Part shown: piece after piece, positions 27,196 through 36,254 of the stretch
Layout of the letters: each line of letters opens with the position of its first letter
Position numbering within the stretch: the stretch's first letter is position 1
Assembly (NCBI GenBank): GCA_036229005.1
Contig: JAZAMN010000020.1
Location: 1 to 64,000 of the forward strand
Source of the DNA: Myxococcota bacterium
GTDB taxonomy: Bacteria > Myxococcota_A > UBA796 > CAJQPC01
Length of the DNA: 64,000 bases
Reading direction: 5' to 3'
Translations under genes and position numbers: made by a program
The notes under the pieces: generated by a model
What the model was told of the DNA's origin: nothing
What the model saw: only the letters and a program-made list of their open reading frames with translations
Database searches by the model: none

Positions 27196-28458
27196 CTATA
27201 GCACCTCTCTGGGCTGCGGATACCAAGGCCGAATCAACCTCCCATTGAACCTCCGCCTCTTCCCCTTCACCCACCCCAGACTCTCCAAGATCCCCGCAGC
27301 GCGCATCTGGTGGCTTCGGTTCACCCGCCCCAGCTCCATCTGGACCGCCTTGGTCAGCACCTCCTGCACTGTCGTCATGCTCCGGTTCTGCAGGAAGGCC
27401 GCGACGTCATCGGTCCACGCGTCGGCGGATGTGTAGCGGTCGGCGTCGAGGTGGCGTAGGGCCTCGACCTCATCCGGAAGCCACCACTGCTCACCCTGGC
27501 GGAAGCGGACGACGGCCTCGGCCCAAAGCTGGTCTCGGTCCGCGACGATGGCGTCGAGGTCCATCCTGTCGACGGCGACTGGCCAGAAGCGGCGGCTGCC
27601 CGTCGGGTCGCCCAGGAATTCCTGCTTGTTGACGGTGCCGACGAAGACGCACTGGCGAGGCCAGTCCACGTAGTGGCTGCCGTAGGGGGGCCGGTAGCTG
27701 TCCACCTGGGTGGTGACGTACTGCTTGACCCGGGCCTGGCTGCCGCTTCGAACGGCTTCGAGCTCGGCGAACTCGAAGACCCAGCGGCCCTGAAGCACCA
27801 TGGCGGCGTCCGCCGACTTCATGGCGTTGGAGAGATGCACGACTGCGTCCGAGAACCAGGCGGGGTCGACGGCGAGCAGCCGGAAGAACTTGGACTTGCT
27901 CCGGCCCTGCTCTCCGACGAGCGTGAGGACCGTGTCCACCTTGCAGCCGGGACGGAGGATGCGGGCGACGGCGCTGACGGCCCAGCAGGTCCCGATGTGG
28001 GCGTTCAGGACGCTGTCCTCCGCGCCGGTGTAGCGATGAAGCCAAGTGGGCAGTCGCGAGACGCCGTCCCACTCCAGCTTGGTGAGGTAGTCGCGCACCG
28101 GGTGGTAGGCGGTCTCGCGGGCGACCATGTCCAGGCCTGGGCCAAGCATCCGCTTGGTGAAGTCGACCTGGTAGATCTCGCTCAGCCAAGTGGCGATGCG
28201 CGTCTCGTGGTGGTCCTGGATCACCTCGCCCTGGAACTCGACGCGCCCGGTGAACTCGTTGTAGCGAAGGGTGCCCTCCAGCCGGGGGTCGAAGTTGAGG
28301 ATGAGGTTCAGGTTGGCCCGGCTTGGACGCGGTCTCCCCTCCTCGAGGAGGTTGCCCTTCTTGTCCCAGCGGTCGGCGTAGCGGTCCAGCGCGTCCCAGA
28401 CGTCCTGGCAGCGGGAGTCGGACCGGCCCACGCCGGTGAGGGCGTCCCGGTCGTTCAC
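27196..28458 (-). CDS. Virulence-associated E (VapE/VirE) family helicase-like ATPase
   Basis: YHPVRDYL..L.WDG..RL, AVARILRPGCKVD, GEQGRSKS, EFAELE, DSYRPPYG, RQCVFVGTVN and DPTGSRRFWPV. GTG start overlaps the upstream stop. Confidence 0.9.
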   Translation of the reverse strand: MNDRDALTGVGRSDSRCQDVWDALDRYADRWDKKGNLLEEGRPRPSRANLNLILNFDPRLEGTLRYNEFTGRVEFQGEVIQDHHETRIATWLSEIYQVDFTKRMLGPGLDMVARETAYHPVRDYLTKLEWDGVSRLPTWLHRYTGAEDSVLNAHIGTCWAVSAVARILRPGCKVDTVLTLVGEQGRSKSKFFRLLAVDPAWFSDAVVHLSNAMKSADAAMVLQGRWVFEFAELEAVRSGSQARVKQYVTTQVDSYRPPYGSHYVDWPRQCVFVGTVNKQEFLGDPTGSRRFWPVAVDRMDLDAIVADRDQLWAEAVVRFRQGEQWWLPDEVEALRHLDADRYTSADAWTDDVAAFLQNRSMTTVQEVLTKAVQMELGRVNRSHQMRAAGILESLGWVKGKRRRFNGRLIRPWYPQPREVL

Positions 28459-29285
28459 GCTGCCCACCCCAGGAGCTCGTCGAGGTGCCCAGCCCAACCG
28501 CAGCTGTTGCGGTGATTGCAGTAGGCCCGGACCTGCTTGTGGGGTTGGATGAAGAAGTAGACGTCGTACCGCTGGCAGCTCGGACAGAGGATGCCGGTGG
28601 CCCTGTCGCCGGAGATCTGCGCGCCAAGCTCCTGAGCTGCTGCCTCGCGCGTCGTGGGGTCTGTCCGCAGCCTTCGTGCCCGCAGGCGGTCTGCTGCTGG
28701 TCCAGGCAACCGAACGCTTCGACGGCAAGGGCGGGGCTTCTGCTCGAGGGGCTTGAGGTCGAGCGAGAGTAGCCGGCCACCCGGGTCGTGCTCGATGAAG
28801 CGGTAGTCAGCGATCCGATCGGGGGGTGCTCCAGGCAGGAAGTACATGCGTGAGGGGTCTTTGCACTTCGGGTCAGGCTCGCCGGCGGCCAGCTCGACGG
28901 CGGCGGGCCAGGCCCGGACCTTCCAGTCCCTGCCTCGGATGGGGTCAGCCAAGGGGAGCACCAGGCGGAACTTGGGGTGCTCGAGGGTATGGCCCCAGGT
29001 GGTGTAGACCAGCCAGGGCCAGTCCAGCCAGGGGACGACGGCTGCGTCGATGGGGGTGCCGTCGTCGTAGTCCCAGACGAGGAGGTGGACCCAAGCGACT
29101 CCTACGGCCCCGCGAGAGGCGCCCTCGTAGAAGCTGACGGGAGACCAGAGAGGCAGGCGGTCCTTGGCCTGACCGCACAGGGGCTGGCGCAGGCGCTCGC
29201 GAAGGCCTGTCCAGGTCCAGCGTTCTCGGCGTCCCCGCCGGTCGCGGACCGACCGATAGAGCGTCACCGAAAACTGCTGGGTCAT
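28455..29285 (-). CDS. Putative AEP-type primase with C-terminal Zn finger
   Basis: LVWDYDDG, YTTWGH...PKFRLVLPL..PI, DP...DPSRMYFLP and C-terminal CPSC...CNHRNSC. Coupled to VapE. Confidence 0.7.
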   Translation of the reverse strand: MTQQFSVTLYRSVRDRRGRRERWTWTGLRERLRQPLCGQAKDRLPLWSPVSFYEGASRGAVGVAWVHLLVWDYDDGTPIDAAVVPWLDWPWLVYTTWGHTLEHPKFRLVLPLADPIRGRDWKVRAWPAAVELAAGEPDPKCKDPSRMYFLPGAPPDRIADYRFIEHDPGGRLLSLDLKPLEQKPRPCRRSVRLPGPAADRLRARRLRTDPTTREAAAQELGAQISGDRATGILCPSCQRYDVYFFIQPHKQVRAYCNHRNSCGWAGHLDELLGWAA

Positions 29286-30136
29286 TCGATGAGCTCCCGG
29301 CGAAGGTCTTGCTGGAGCCGGTTCACCCGCCGGCCCAGCTCGGACTTGGAGCAGCCGTAGAGGGCAGCCAGCTCCCTGAGGGGGGTGCGCTGGAAGGGGG
29401 CGAGGCCGAGGTAGCGACCCAACAGCCCCTGCTCGCTTGCGGGCAGGCCCTTGAAGGCCAACCAAGCACGCCGGCTCAGGCGCGCGGTCGCCAGATCTGG
29501 CTGGGTCGCAAGCTCGGCTGGTGGGGCCTCAGGCTCCATGCGCAGGCGGGCGAGACCATCCAGCAGCAGGGCTCCCTGAGCGGGAACGAGCTCGGCGGCT
29601 TCGGCCAGGGTCGCTCCCCGCCCGTGCAGGGACAGGCAGCGGTGATCAAGCTCTGCGAGCGCCCGCAGGGTGCGGATCTCTCGCTCAGGCAGGGCAACAG
29701 GCCCGGCCTGCAGGCGGGCGAACTTGCGCTGGGCGTGGAGGACGCGACTCCGAGCTGAGGTCGCGAAGTCGCCCTGGCCGGTCCAGCGGAGCGCGGCCTC
29801 GAAGGCGGCCAGGAGGCCCTCGTGCTCCAAGTCCTCGATGCGGAGGCTCTCGTCCGTGGAGGTGGTCCACCGGCCTTGGACATGGCGGGCACACCGACGC
29901 ACCATGGCCTGAGCGTGGTGGGCGAGACGCCAGCAGCAGGCGTCTGCATGACGAAGGTGCTCCTGAGCCTTGGGACTGTCCCGGCCGAGGTCTCGGAGTC
30001 GGAGCGCCCAGAGACCCCGGGCGCGACCAGGGGCAGGGCCCGGAGGGAGCTTGAGTGTCCGCGCGGCTGCGTCCTCGTGCTCAAGGCGCAGCCAAAGGAG
30101 CTGGAGCGGCCCGGCCTTGGGATGGAGTGCAGACAT
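29282..30136 (-). CDS. Sigma-70-like factor (regions 2 and 4)
   Basis: EDLEHEGLLAAFEAALRW...F.T.A resembles region 2. LP..EQ.LL.RYLGL...TPLRELAALYGCSK resembles the region 4 HTH. Confidence 0.65.
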   Translation of the reverse strand: MSALHPKAGPLQLLWLRLEHEDAAARTLKLPPGPAPGRARGLWALRLRDLGRDSPKAQEHLRHADACCWRLAHHAQAMVRRCARHVQGRWTTSTDESLRIEDLEHEGLLAAFEAALRWTGQGDFATSARSRVLHAQRKFARLQAGPVALPEREIRTLRALAELDHRCLSLHGRGATLAEAAELVPAQGALLLDGLARLRMEPEAPPAELATQPDLATARLSRRAWLAFKGLPASEQGLLGRYLGLAPFQRTPLRELAALYGCSKSELGRRVNRLQQDLRRELIE

Positions 30137-30137
30137 C

Positions 30138-30926
30138 TCAGGCCTCCCTTCGCTCGGAAGGGAGGAGGCGCAGGCCGACGCTGCCGGAGCGGAGCTGAAC
30201 GGCCAGCTCCAGCAGCTGCATGCTCATGGCGGTGGCGGCCTGCGGGTCTCCGAGCAGCGTGACCAGCCCCTTCTCCGAGAGCACGGGACCCAGCGGGCCC
30301 TCGATGATGGAATCGAGGAGGCCTGCGGCCAGCGCGTCGAGTCCCTGCGCGACCACCCAAGCCTCTGGTCCACCAGCCACAGCAATGCGCTCACGCAGCG
30401 TCGCCGCCCCTGTCCGCTCCCCACTCAGCCGCGACTGCAACAGGCCCATGAGCTGGCGGTTCTGCTCCTGCTGGGCCTCAAGGGTCCGCACAAGAACGGG
30501 CTCCAGCGATCCCGAGTCGTCCTCCGCAGCAGCGAGCCGAGCGGCCTCCTCGGGTGACGGCCCCGTCCAGTCCAGGTCTGTGCAGACCAGCGACTGGGCG
30601 GGCTCACGGGTCCCGACGCGGATCCGGATCTGGTAGACGGCGCTCTGCAGCCCCGCCTCCACCAGGTGCGCCTGCACGGCCTCCAAGACCCAAGCGTCGA
30701 CGGCCTCGAAGACGACCTGCCAGTCTTCCGGCTTCCGTCGCCCGTAGGAGCTGTCCAGCGCCCCCGCCTGCTGAAGCTCCGCCTCGAAGTCCGAGACGTA
30801 CTTCATGCATAGCCCGGCGTAGCCAGGCCGCTTGAGGGTGACCCGGATCGACGCGATCTCGGGCAGGTGCTCCCTGAGGAGACGGCGAACGCGGTCCAGC
30901 CGCTTGAAGTGGAATCGCTCAGACAT
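30138..30926 (-). CDS. Hypothetical protein of the mobile element
   Basis: ORF tightly packed in the minus-strand operon (1-nt gaps), with host-like codon bias. Confidence 0.6.
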   Translation of the reverse strand: MSERFHFKRLDRVRRLLREHLPEIASIRVTLKRPGYAGLCMKYVSDFEAELQQAGALDSSYGRRKPEDWQVVFEAVDAWVLEAVQAHLVEAGLQSAVYQIRIRVGTREPAQSLVCTDLDWTGPSPEEAARLAAAEDDSGSLEPVLVRTLEAQQEQNRQLMGLLQSRLSGERTGAATLRERIAVAGGPEAWVVAQGLDALAAGLLDSIIEGPLGPVLSEKGLVTLLGDPQAATAMSMQLLELAVQLRSGSVGLRLLPSERREA

Positions 30927-30927
30927 G

Positions 30928-31182
30928 TCAGACCCGGCGGTGGAAGATGGGACCAAGGGACCAGGTGCCGTCCTCGCCGAGGACCGCCAGGTTGGCGGCC
31001 CGCAGCTCTTGCAGTGGTGCGAGGACTTCGGAGACCCCGGTCAGGTGGGCGAGCTCTTCGGGTGAGGCGGAGCTCGTGCCGGCGGTGGCTCGGTCGAGGG
31101 CCAGCAGCACGAGCTTTTGGAGGGCGGGACGCCGGAGAGTCCAGATCACGGACTCCCGGCGGCGGAGGGAGGAGAGGGACAT
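30928..31182 (-). CDS. Small winged-HTH DNA-binding protein
   Basis: KLVLLALD...S.EELAHLTGVS...L.EL pattern, typical of phage replication-initiator-type HTH domains. Confidence 0.55.
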   Translation of the reverse strand: MSLSSLRRRESVIWTLRRPALQKLVLLALDRATAGTSSASPEELAHLTGVSEVLAPLQELRAANLAVLGEDGTWSLGPIFHRRV

Positions 31183-31226
31183 GTCGAACCTCAGGGAAGC
31201 AGGAGGCGGATGCGCCCCCGGGGAGA

Positions 31227-31457
31227 TCAGTGACGCTCGCCGGCGGGCCCCATGAAGGGCGCCGCAGACCTGCGGAGCTCAGGCCAATCGCCGGGCCGGA
31301 AGGGAGAGAGGGAGGCCTCGGGGAGGAGGATCTGGGTGGTGCCGCAGACGCACTCCCGGCGGGCCACCTCGGCGGGGTGCTCGGTTGGGAGCAAGCGCCA
31401 GTGATGCGCCCCGCAGTCGTCGGGTGAAGGGAGCTGGAGGACGACGAGCTGGGTCAT
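31227..31457 (-). CDS. Small hypothetical Cys/His-containing protein
   Basis: ATG overlaps the Bro-N stop (ATGA). Contains CGAHHW...CVC. Confidence 0.45.
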   Translation of the reverse strand: MTQLVVLQLPSPDDCGAHHWRLLPTEHPAEVARRECVCGTTQILLPEASLSPFRPGDWPELRRSAAPFMGPAGERH

Positions 31458-32332
31458 GCCGCCGCTCCAAGTGCCGCTTCGATGCGGCGGACCGCCTCGG
31501 GGGCGTAGGCGTAGCAGCGGACCGGGCCCGAGCTGCTGCCCACGTCGTTGAGGTAGGAGCGCGAGAGGACGGGGTCTCCGCGCAGGCCGAGCTCGGTGAT
31601 CAAGCGGCCCACGCGGTAGGCGTTCAGGCCCAGCCGCTGCCCGATCTCCGTCGGAGTCAGCCAACTCGCGGGGGCGGAGGGCTTGAGCTGCGTGAGATCC
31701 AGGCCAGAGGCGAGCTCGGCGGCGTAGACCTCGTAGGAGGCCAGGGTCTCGTCATCGATCTGCCCCAGACTGTGAAGCGAGCGGGCTGCCTCCCGGACGG
31801 CGTCAGCCTGCGCGCTGCGCTCGAGGAGGGCGACGCGGCGTGCCTCCAGGTTGAGCTTGTCGCGGAGGCGTCCCTCGCGAAGCTCAGCCACCTCGGGGGC
31901 CTTGGGTGGCTCGGCCTCGAAGCGGCCAGTGCGGACCAGTTGGGGCAGCACCTTCTCCGCCAGGAAGCGGCGAAGGCGCTTGCCGGCCTCCTTCTGCGTC
32001 TTGACCAGGGCCAGGTGCAGCCCCGACTCGAAGAGGACCACCAGTCCCCGGTTCCCGCCCAAAGGTACCGACCCCGTACCTTTGAAGATCCCCGCCTTGA
32101 AGGCCTTCAACTCGCCGCCGGTGAGGACGCGGTAGTCGTGCCCCTTGATCAGCTCGTCGGACCAGGCGCCAGAGATCTGGCTGGTGAAGCGCTTGCCCCG
32201 CTGGGCGTAGCCGATGGCCTCGCCGACCTCGCGAGCGACCCACGCGGGTCGACCGTCGAGCTCCAGAGTCGTGAGCTTGTGCCCGTCGAAGTGCCCGCTG
32301 TGGCGGACCAGGGTCAGGGTGGTCTGGGGCAT
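31454..32332 (-). CDS. Bro-N domain phage antirepressor-like protein
   Basis: FDGH.L...ELDGRPAWVAREVGEAIGY and LFESGL.L...K...K.L.RFLAEKVLPQLVRTGRF. GGAGG RBS. Confidence 0.85.
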   Translation of the reverse strand: MPQTTLTLVRHSGHFDGHKLTTLELDGRPAWVAREVGEAIGYAQRGKRFTSQISGAWSDELIKGHDYRVLTGGELKAFKAGIFKGTGSVPLGGNRGLVVLFESGLHLALVKTQKEAGKRLRRFLAEKVLPQLVRTGRFEAEPPKAPEVAELREGRLRDKLNLEARRVALLERSAQADAVREAARSLHSLGQIDDETLASYEVYAAELASGLDLTQLKPSAPASWLTPTEIGQRLGLNAYRVGRLITELGLRGDPVLSRSYLNDVGSSSGPVRCYAYAPEAVRRIEAALGAAA

Positions 32333-32510
32333 CGTCGCCTCCGTCAGGGGTGCTCGAGTGCACCGGTGACGGAGACATCGCCCGACAGGCGGCTGAAGAC
32401 TGCCAGTTCACTGTCGGCTGTTTTGGGCCGTTTCGGCGGATCTCGACGACCTTGGCGCTGAACGAGGGGCAGATCGCAGGAGGTTTGGCCCTTGAGTCCT
32501 CCACTATCGT

Positions 32511-32598
32511 CCGATCCGGATTGTCGATTGATTGTCGATCGGATCGGGGGCGGACAGAAACTGTCCGCCCTTCCAGTCGGACCGAGGCGAGGCCGACT
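32511..32598. promoter_or_regulatory. Cluster of direct and inverted repeats in the divergent intergenic region (putative operators or origin)
   Basis: CCGATCCG/CGGATCGG flank two copies of GATTGTCGAT. Perfect GGGCGGACAG-AAA-CTGTCCGCCC at 32548-32570. AGTCGG...CCGACT at 32575-32598. Confidence 0.5.
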
Positions 32599-32729
32599 CG
32601 CCAGAATGGACCCTTCCAGGCTCAGATCCAGCCGGTCAGACCTTCCGAATGCCCCAGATTGGCCATTGCGCAGGCTCGCAGTCCATTGCTACACCCAGAA
32701 CACATGTTCAGTGCTTCTTGGAGGGAGCA

Positions 32730-33851
32730 GTGAGGACCCCGACGCAGCGAATCGACGATCCCTTGGGCTACCGCCTGTGGAGCCCCGCACTTCTCTCACG
32801 CCTGCTGGACCGACACGGCCTGGCCGCAGAGACAACCGACCTACCCGGCCTGTGGAGGAACATCGCCGCGCGGCCGAGCGACTACCCGGTGACGCTCTTC
32901 GACGCGCTCTACCAGGTCCGGGAGCTCTCGGACGAGGGCGGCCACGAAGAGCTCATCGAGGGGATGGGCGGACCGCTCTTCGCGTGCGATGCCGCGGGCC
33001 TTCCGCCGCGGGACGTCGCGCTGCTGGCCTACCTCGACCACCAGGAGCTCTTCACCCGCGTGCGCGGCCGGCGGGCCATCGCCGCCACCCGGCGCTTTCG
33101 GGAGTTCCGGGGCCGACAGCTCCGCCCCATGGAGCTCCCTGGTCCTGAGGTGATCGCGCGACTGGAGGAGCAACTCGGCGTCCGTTTTCAGCGCCGAAAC
33201 CGGAGCCGGCACTGCCGGATCCACCCCTACGCGCTGGATGGCCTCCTCCACTTCGACATCCACCACGGTCGCCCCAGGCTTCGGGACGCGGCGCTGGACG
33301 AGCGAGGGCGAGAGATCCAGCCCGGCGAGGTGGAGTACCGCCCCGAGCAGGTCGACCGCGCCAGCTACGACCCCGCCACGGGGCTGCTGCGGGTGACGGC
33401 TCGGGACATGCGCACCATCGCCGCCTATTGCGAGGTCTTCGGGCTGGAGCTCTTTGGCGCACGCAGCTGGTTCTCGGACGCCACGGTGTTGACCTTCGAG
33501 CCGCTGCTCGACGACCCCGCCGGAGCCCTGCGCCCGACGCGAGGCATCAAGGACGTCCGGCTGGTCTCTGCCCAGATCACCTGCGAAGGCCGGATCGGCA
33601 TGGAGTTGGTCTTCCGCTCTAAGGACGTCTTCGCTGCCATCGCCGAGCACGGCGGCGTCAGCCTTCGCGACGGCCGGCTCACCTGGGTGGGCCTTGGGGT
33701 CACCTACGCCCACGGGGGCGTCCGGGTCACGCGACTGGGCCTCCCCAACCAGGTCACCTACAACAACCACCGCGACGAGCCGGTGATCCGTCGCTTCCTG
33801 GAGGAGCGCGGCTTCCTTCGGGGACCGCTCAGCTTCCAAATGGCGTCCTGA
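32730..33851 (+). CDS. Hypothetical protein of the mobile element
   Basis: GTG start after GGAGGGAG. Strong GC3 bias. Coupled to the next ORF (TGATG). Confidence 0.75.
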   Translation: MRTPTQRIDDPLGYRLWSPALLSRLLDRHGLAAETTDLPGLWRNIAARPSDYPVTLFDALYQVRELSDEGGHEELIEGMGGPLFACDAAGLPPRDVALLAYLDHQELFTRVRGRRAIAATRRFREFRGRQLRPMELPGPEVIARLEEQLGVRFQRRNRSRHCRIHPYALDGLLHFDIHHGRPRLRDAALDERGREIQPGEVEYRPEQVDRASYDPATGLLRVTARDMRTIAAYCEVFGLELFGARSWFSDATVLTFEPLLDDPAGALRPTRGIKDVRLVSAQITCEGRIGMELVFRSKDVFAAIAEHGGVSLRDGRLTWVGLGVTYAHGGVRVTRLGLPNQVTYNNHRDEPVIRRFLEERGFLRGPLSFQMAS

Positions 33852-34882
33852 TGCAGCCCCTGTGGCGAGAGCTGGAGACGGGCTGGCGGCTCATTGGGCC
33901 CGAGCCGGAGCTTGCGGCCCAGCTCGGACCCGAGACCTTCGGCGCGCTCGACGAACTCGGGCTGGTTCGCCGCGAGCCCTTCCTGGCTGGTGCTCGCTTG
34001 CCTTGCCAGGGGTGCGCCCAGGGACGCCAGGTGGTCGAGCACGAGGGGACCTGGGCGGTCTGCACGCACCCCGAGATGGGCTGCGAGGCTGTAGACCTGA
34101 CCGAGGTGGACCGGGCTGAGCTCGACGAGGCTGGTCTGGTCCAACGGCTCCGAGTCTTGCTTCGGCTGGATGGCCCCTCAGAGCCCTTGTCACCACGCCG
34201 TCCAGTGCTCCTCGGACATCGGCCACTTGGTGGTCAGCGCGTCGCCTTCGCCCTGGTTCGGCCTCGGCGAGTCCAGGAGCGAGTGGTGCGGGAGTGGCTT
34301 CAACTCGGGCGGATCCAGTCGGCGGTGCTGCTCGCGCCGACCAGCCGCTGGCTCCCCGACTGGCCGCTCCCCCGGGGAGTGCAATGGCTGGCCCTGGACC
34401 AAATCGTCGACCTGCAAGCTGGGACAGCGGACCTCTCGGAGCTGGCCTTCGCGCTCCAGTTGACCGGCGAGGAGCTTGCCCAGCTCCTGTGGCCGCGCTT
34501 CCACCTCGTGATCGACCGCCAGGGCACGCCCTACTACGGCGGAGTGCGGCTGGACGTTGGCCGGAGCGCGAAGCTCGGACAGCTGCTGGCCATCCTGGCG
34601 GTTAGACCGGGTGAGTGGCTGAGTCGGCGAGAGCTGCTAACGGCTCTCTACCCGGAGGAGGTGACCAACCGGGGGCGGTGGCTTACCGATCCACAGAAGC
34701 TCGACCGCCGGCTGCGGCAGCTGGTCAGCGCGCTGAGCAAGGCCTTCGATACAGCGCGCCTCCCAGACTCGGCACTGGACAACCCGCTCGAGAACCTCCG
34801 TACGCGCGGCGACCACGAGGGTGGGTACCGGCTAGGAATCCCAAGCCGAGTCGTCCACTCGGGTATTCAGGGAGCGAGCTGA
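33851..34882 (+). CDS. Hypothetical protein with Cys cluster and C-terminal winged-helix (OmpR-like) domain
   Basis: CQGC...C....C and LLAILAVRPGEWLSRRELL..LY...L...V..L.K...GYRL. Confidence 0.65.
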   Translation: MQPLWRELETGWRLIGPEPELAAQLGPETFGALDELGLVRREPFLAGARLPCQGCAQGRQVVEHEGTWAVCTHPEMGCEAVDLTEVDRAELDEAGLVQRLRVLLRLDGPSEPLSPRRPVLLGHRPLGGQRVAFALVRPRRVQERVVREWLQLGRIQSAVLLAPTSRWLPDWPLPRGVQWLALDQIVDLQAGTADLSELAFALQLTGEELAQLLWPRFHLVIDRQGTPYYGGVRLDVGRSAKLGQLLAILAVRPGEWLSRRELLTALYPEEVTNRGRWLTDPQKLDRRLRQLVSALSKAFDTARLPDSALDNPLENLRTRGDHEGGYRLGIPSRVVHSGIQGAS

Positions 34883-34919
34883 GAGTGATTGACAGCAGAG
34901 CCGAGGAAGCCTGTCAGCC

Positions 34920-36254
34920 TCAGGCCGAGAGGAGAGGCAGCTTCTCGGCCTCCAGCATCGACCAACCCTCGTACAATGCTAGTCGATTCGCCCGCCCGTG
35001 CGCCAACAGCACATCGTTCGGCGAGCTGAGTTTCGCCTGCGTCCATTGGTAGAAAGAGCGCGTCCAGGCCAGCCATTGTGCATAGTTGACTGCAAGCGGA
35101 TTTCCGCTCTGGATGGTCACACGACCAGCGTTTGCCGCGGCCCCCAGACTGTTTGCCACCAGTGACATGGCAAGGACCCTCGGATGGTCACTGGTTCCGG
35201 CCGCCCTACCCACAATAGACTCGTGAGCAGCATCGGACTCGTAGACTGGGTCAAGTTTTCTACGCAACCAGAAATACCCGTGCAAAACGACGGATGCGGC
35301 CGCCACCGAGCTCGTCATGGTTAGGAAATGCCGGGAATCGTAGCCCTTCAGATACATGTGTCGCGCCAGTTCCGCGAGCGTCCGTTCGTTCTCGTCCAGG
35401 CGTCCAATCTGAAAGAGCTGCAGCAACGACCAACCTGGAGCAGGTAGTCCCATGCTGGTGAAACCGTCCGAGATCAGATGACCAATTTGCCAGACCAGCG
35501 CCTTGAACGGATTCCAAGTCGGCTCGGCGAATCCCGACAGGACAGCTAGTTTTCCGTCTCTACCGACCGCTGTGAGCCCACCCCGAAGTATGTCAATCAC
35601 TCCCACCACCAACCCGACTATCGGATCATGCCCAAAGGTTTGCAGGCGGTGGCTCTTGGGGAAAAAGCCCTTAACATCCACGCCTCTGACAGCGTCATAG
35701 GGCACCTTGAACCACTTCTCGAACCGTTCTTGGAATGGTAGTTCGAGGTTTCGTAGCCAATCAGAAAGGGGGCTCCCCTTGACCGGCTTGCCGAGGTATT
35801 CCATATCCTTCGGCACCCGGACGACTAACCAGTCAACCAGCGAGGCAACCAAACCTGCAAGGCAGGCAGCTGCGGTGTCGTAGGCATCCATACGCGTCTT
35901 GAGGGTGTACCCACCGTAGAACCTGGCTTCCAAACGCCGAACCTCATCCGGATCTAGCAGTTCGTCCAGGGATACCCCTACAACCCCGCGGCGCGCGAGT
36001 TCTCGGGCCGCTCGGGCCCGCACGGCCTCCCAGTCGCTCAAGGAGTCGGCTCTTCGCGACATCGGTCGCTTCTGCACCGATGTCGCGTTGGGAACACTCA
36101 AGCCGAAGGCACGAAGACGCTCCTCCAGGCGCGCGATCCCCTCACTTGTCGCCTGCACAGCCGCGAGGTCTACGGCGGACTGGTCCAGTAGCTCGCGGGT
36201 GGCGAGCGCCTCCCAAGAAAGAACCACTTCAAGTCCATCCGCCAATTCGGTCAA
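34920..36254 (-). CDS. Hypothetical membrane-associated cargo protein
   Basis: 444-aa ORF with hydrophobic segments and HRLQTFGHDP..GL..G..DI motif. Weaker GC3 bias than its neighbours. Confidence 0.75.
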   Translation of the reverse strand: MTELADGLEVVLSWEALATRELLDQSAVDLAAVQATSEGIARLEERLRAFGLSVPNATSVQKRPMSRRADSLSDWEAVRARAARELARRGVVGVSLDELLDPDEVRRLEARFYGGYTLKTRMDAYDTAAACLAGLVASLVDWLVVRVPKDMEYLGKPVKGSPLSDWLRNLELPFQERFEKWFKVPYDAVRGVDVKGFFPKSHRLQTFGHDPIVGLVVGVIDILRGGLTAVGRDGKLAVLSGFAEPTWNPFKALVWQIGHLISDGFTSMGLPAPGWSLLQLFQIGRLDENERTLAELARHMYLKGYDSRHFLTMTSSVAAASVVLHGYFWLRRKLDPVYESDAAHESIVGRAAGTSDHPRVLAMSLVANSLGAAANAGRVTIQSGNPLAVNYAQWLAWTRSFYQWTQAKLSSPNDVLLAHGRANRLALYEGWSMLEAEKLPLLSA

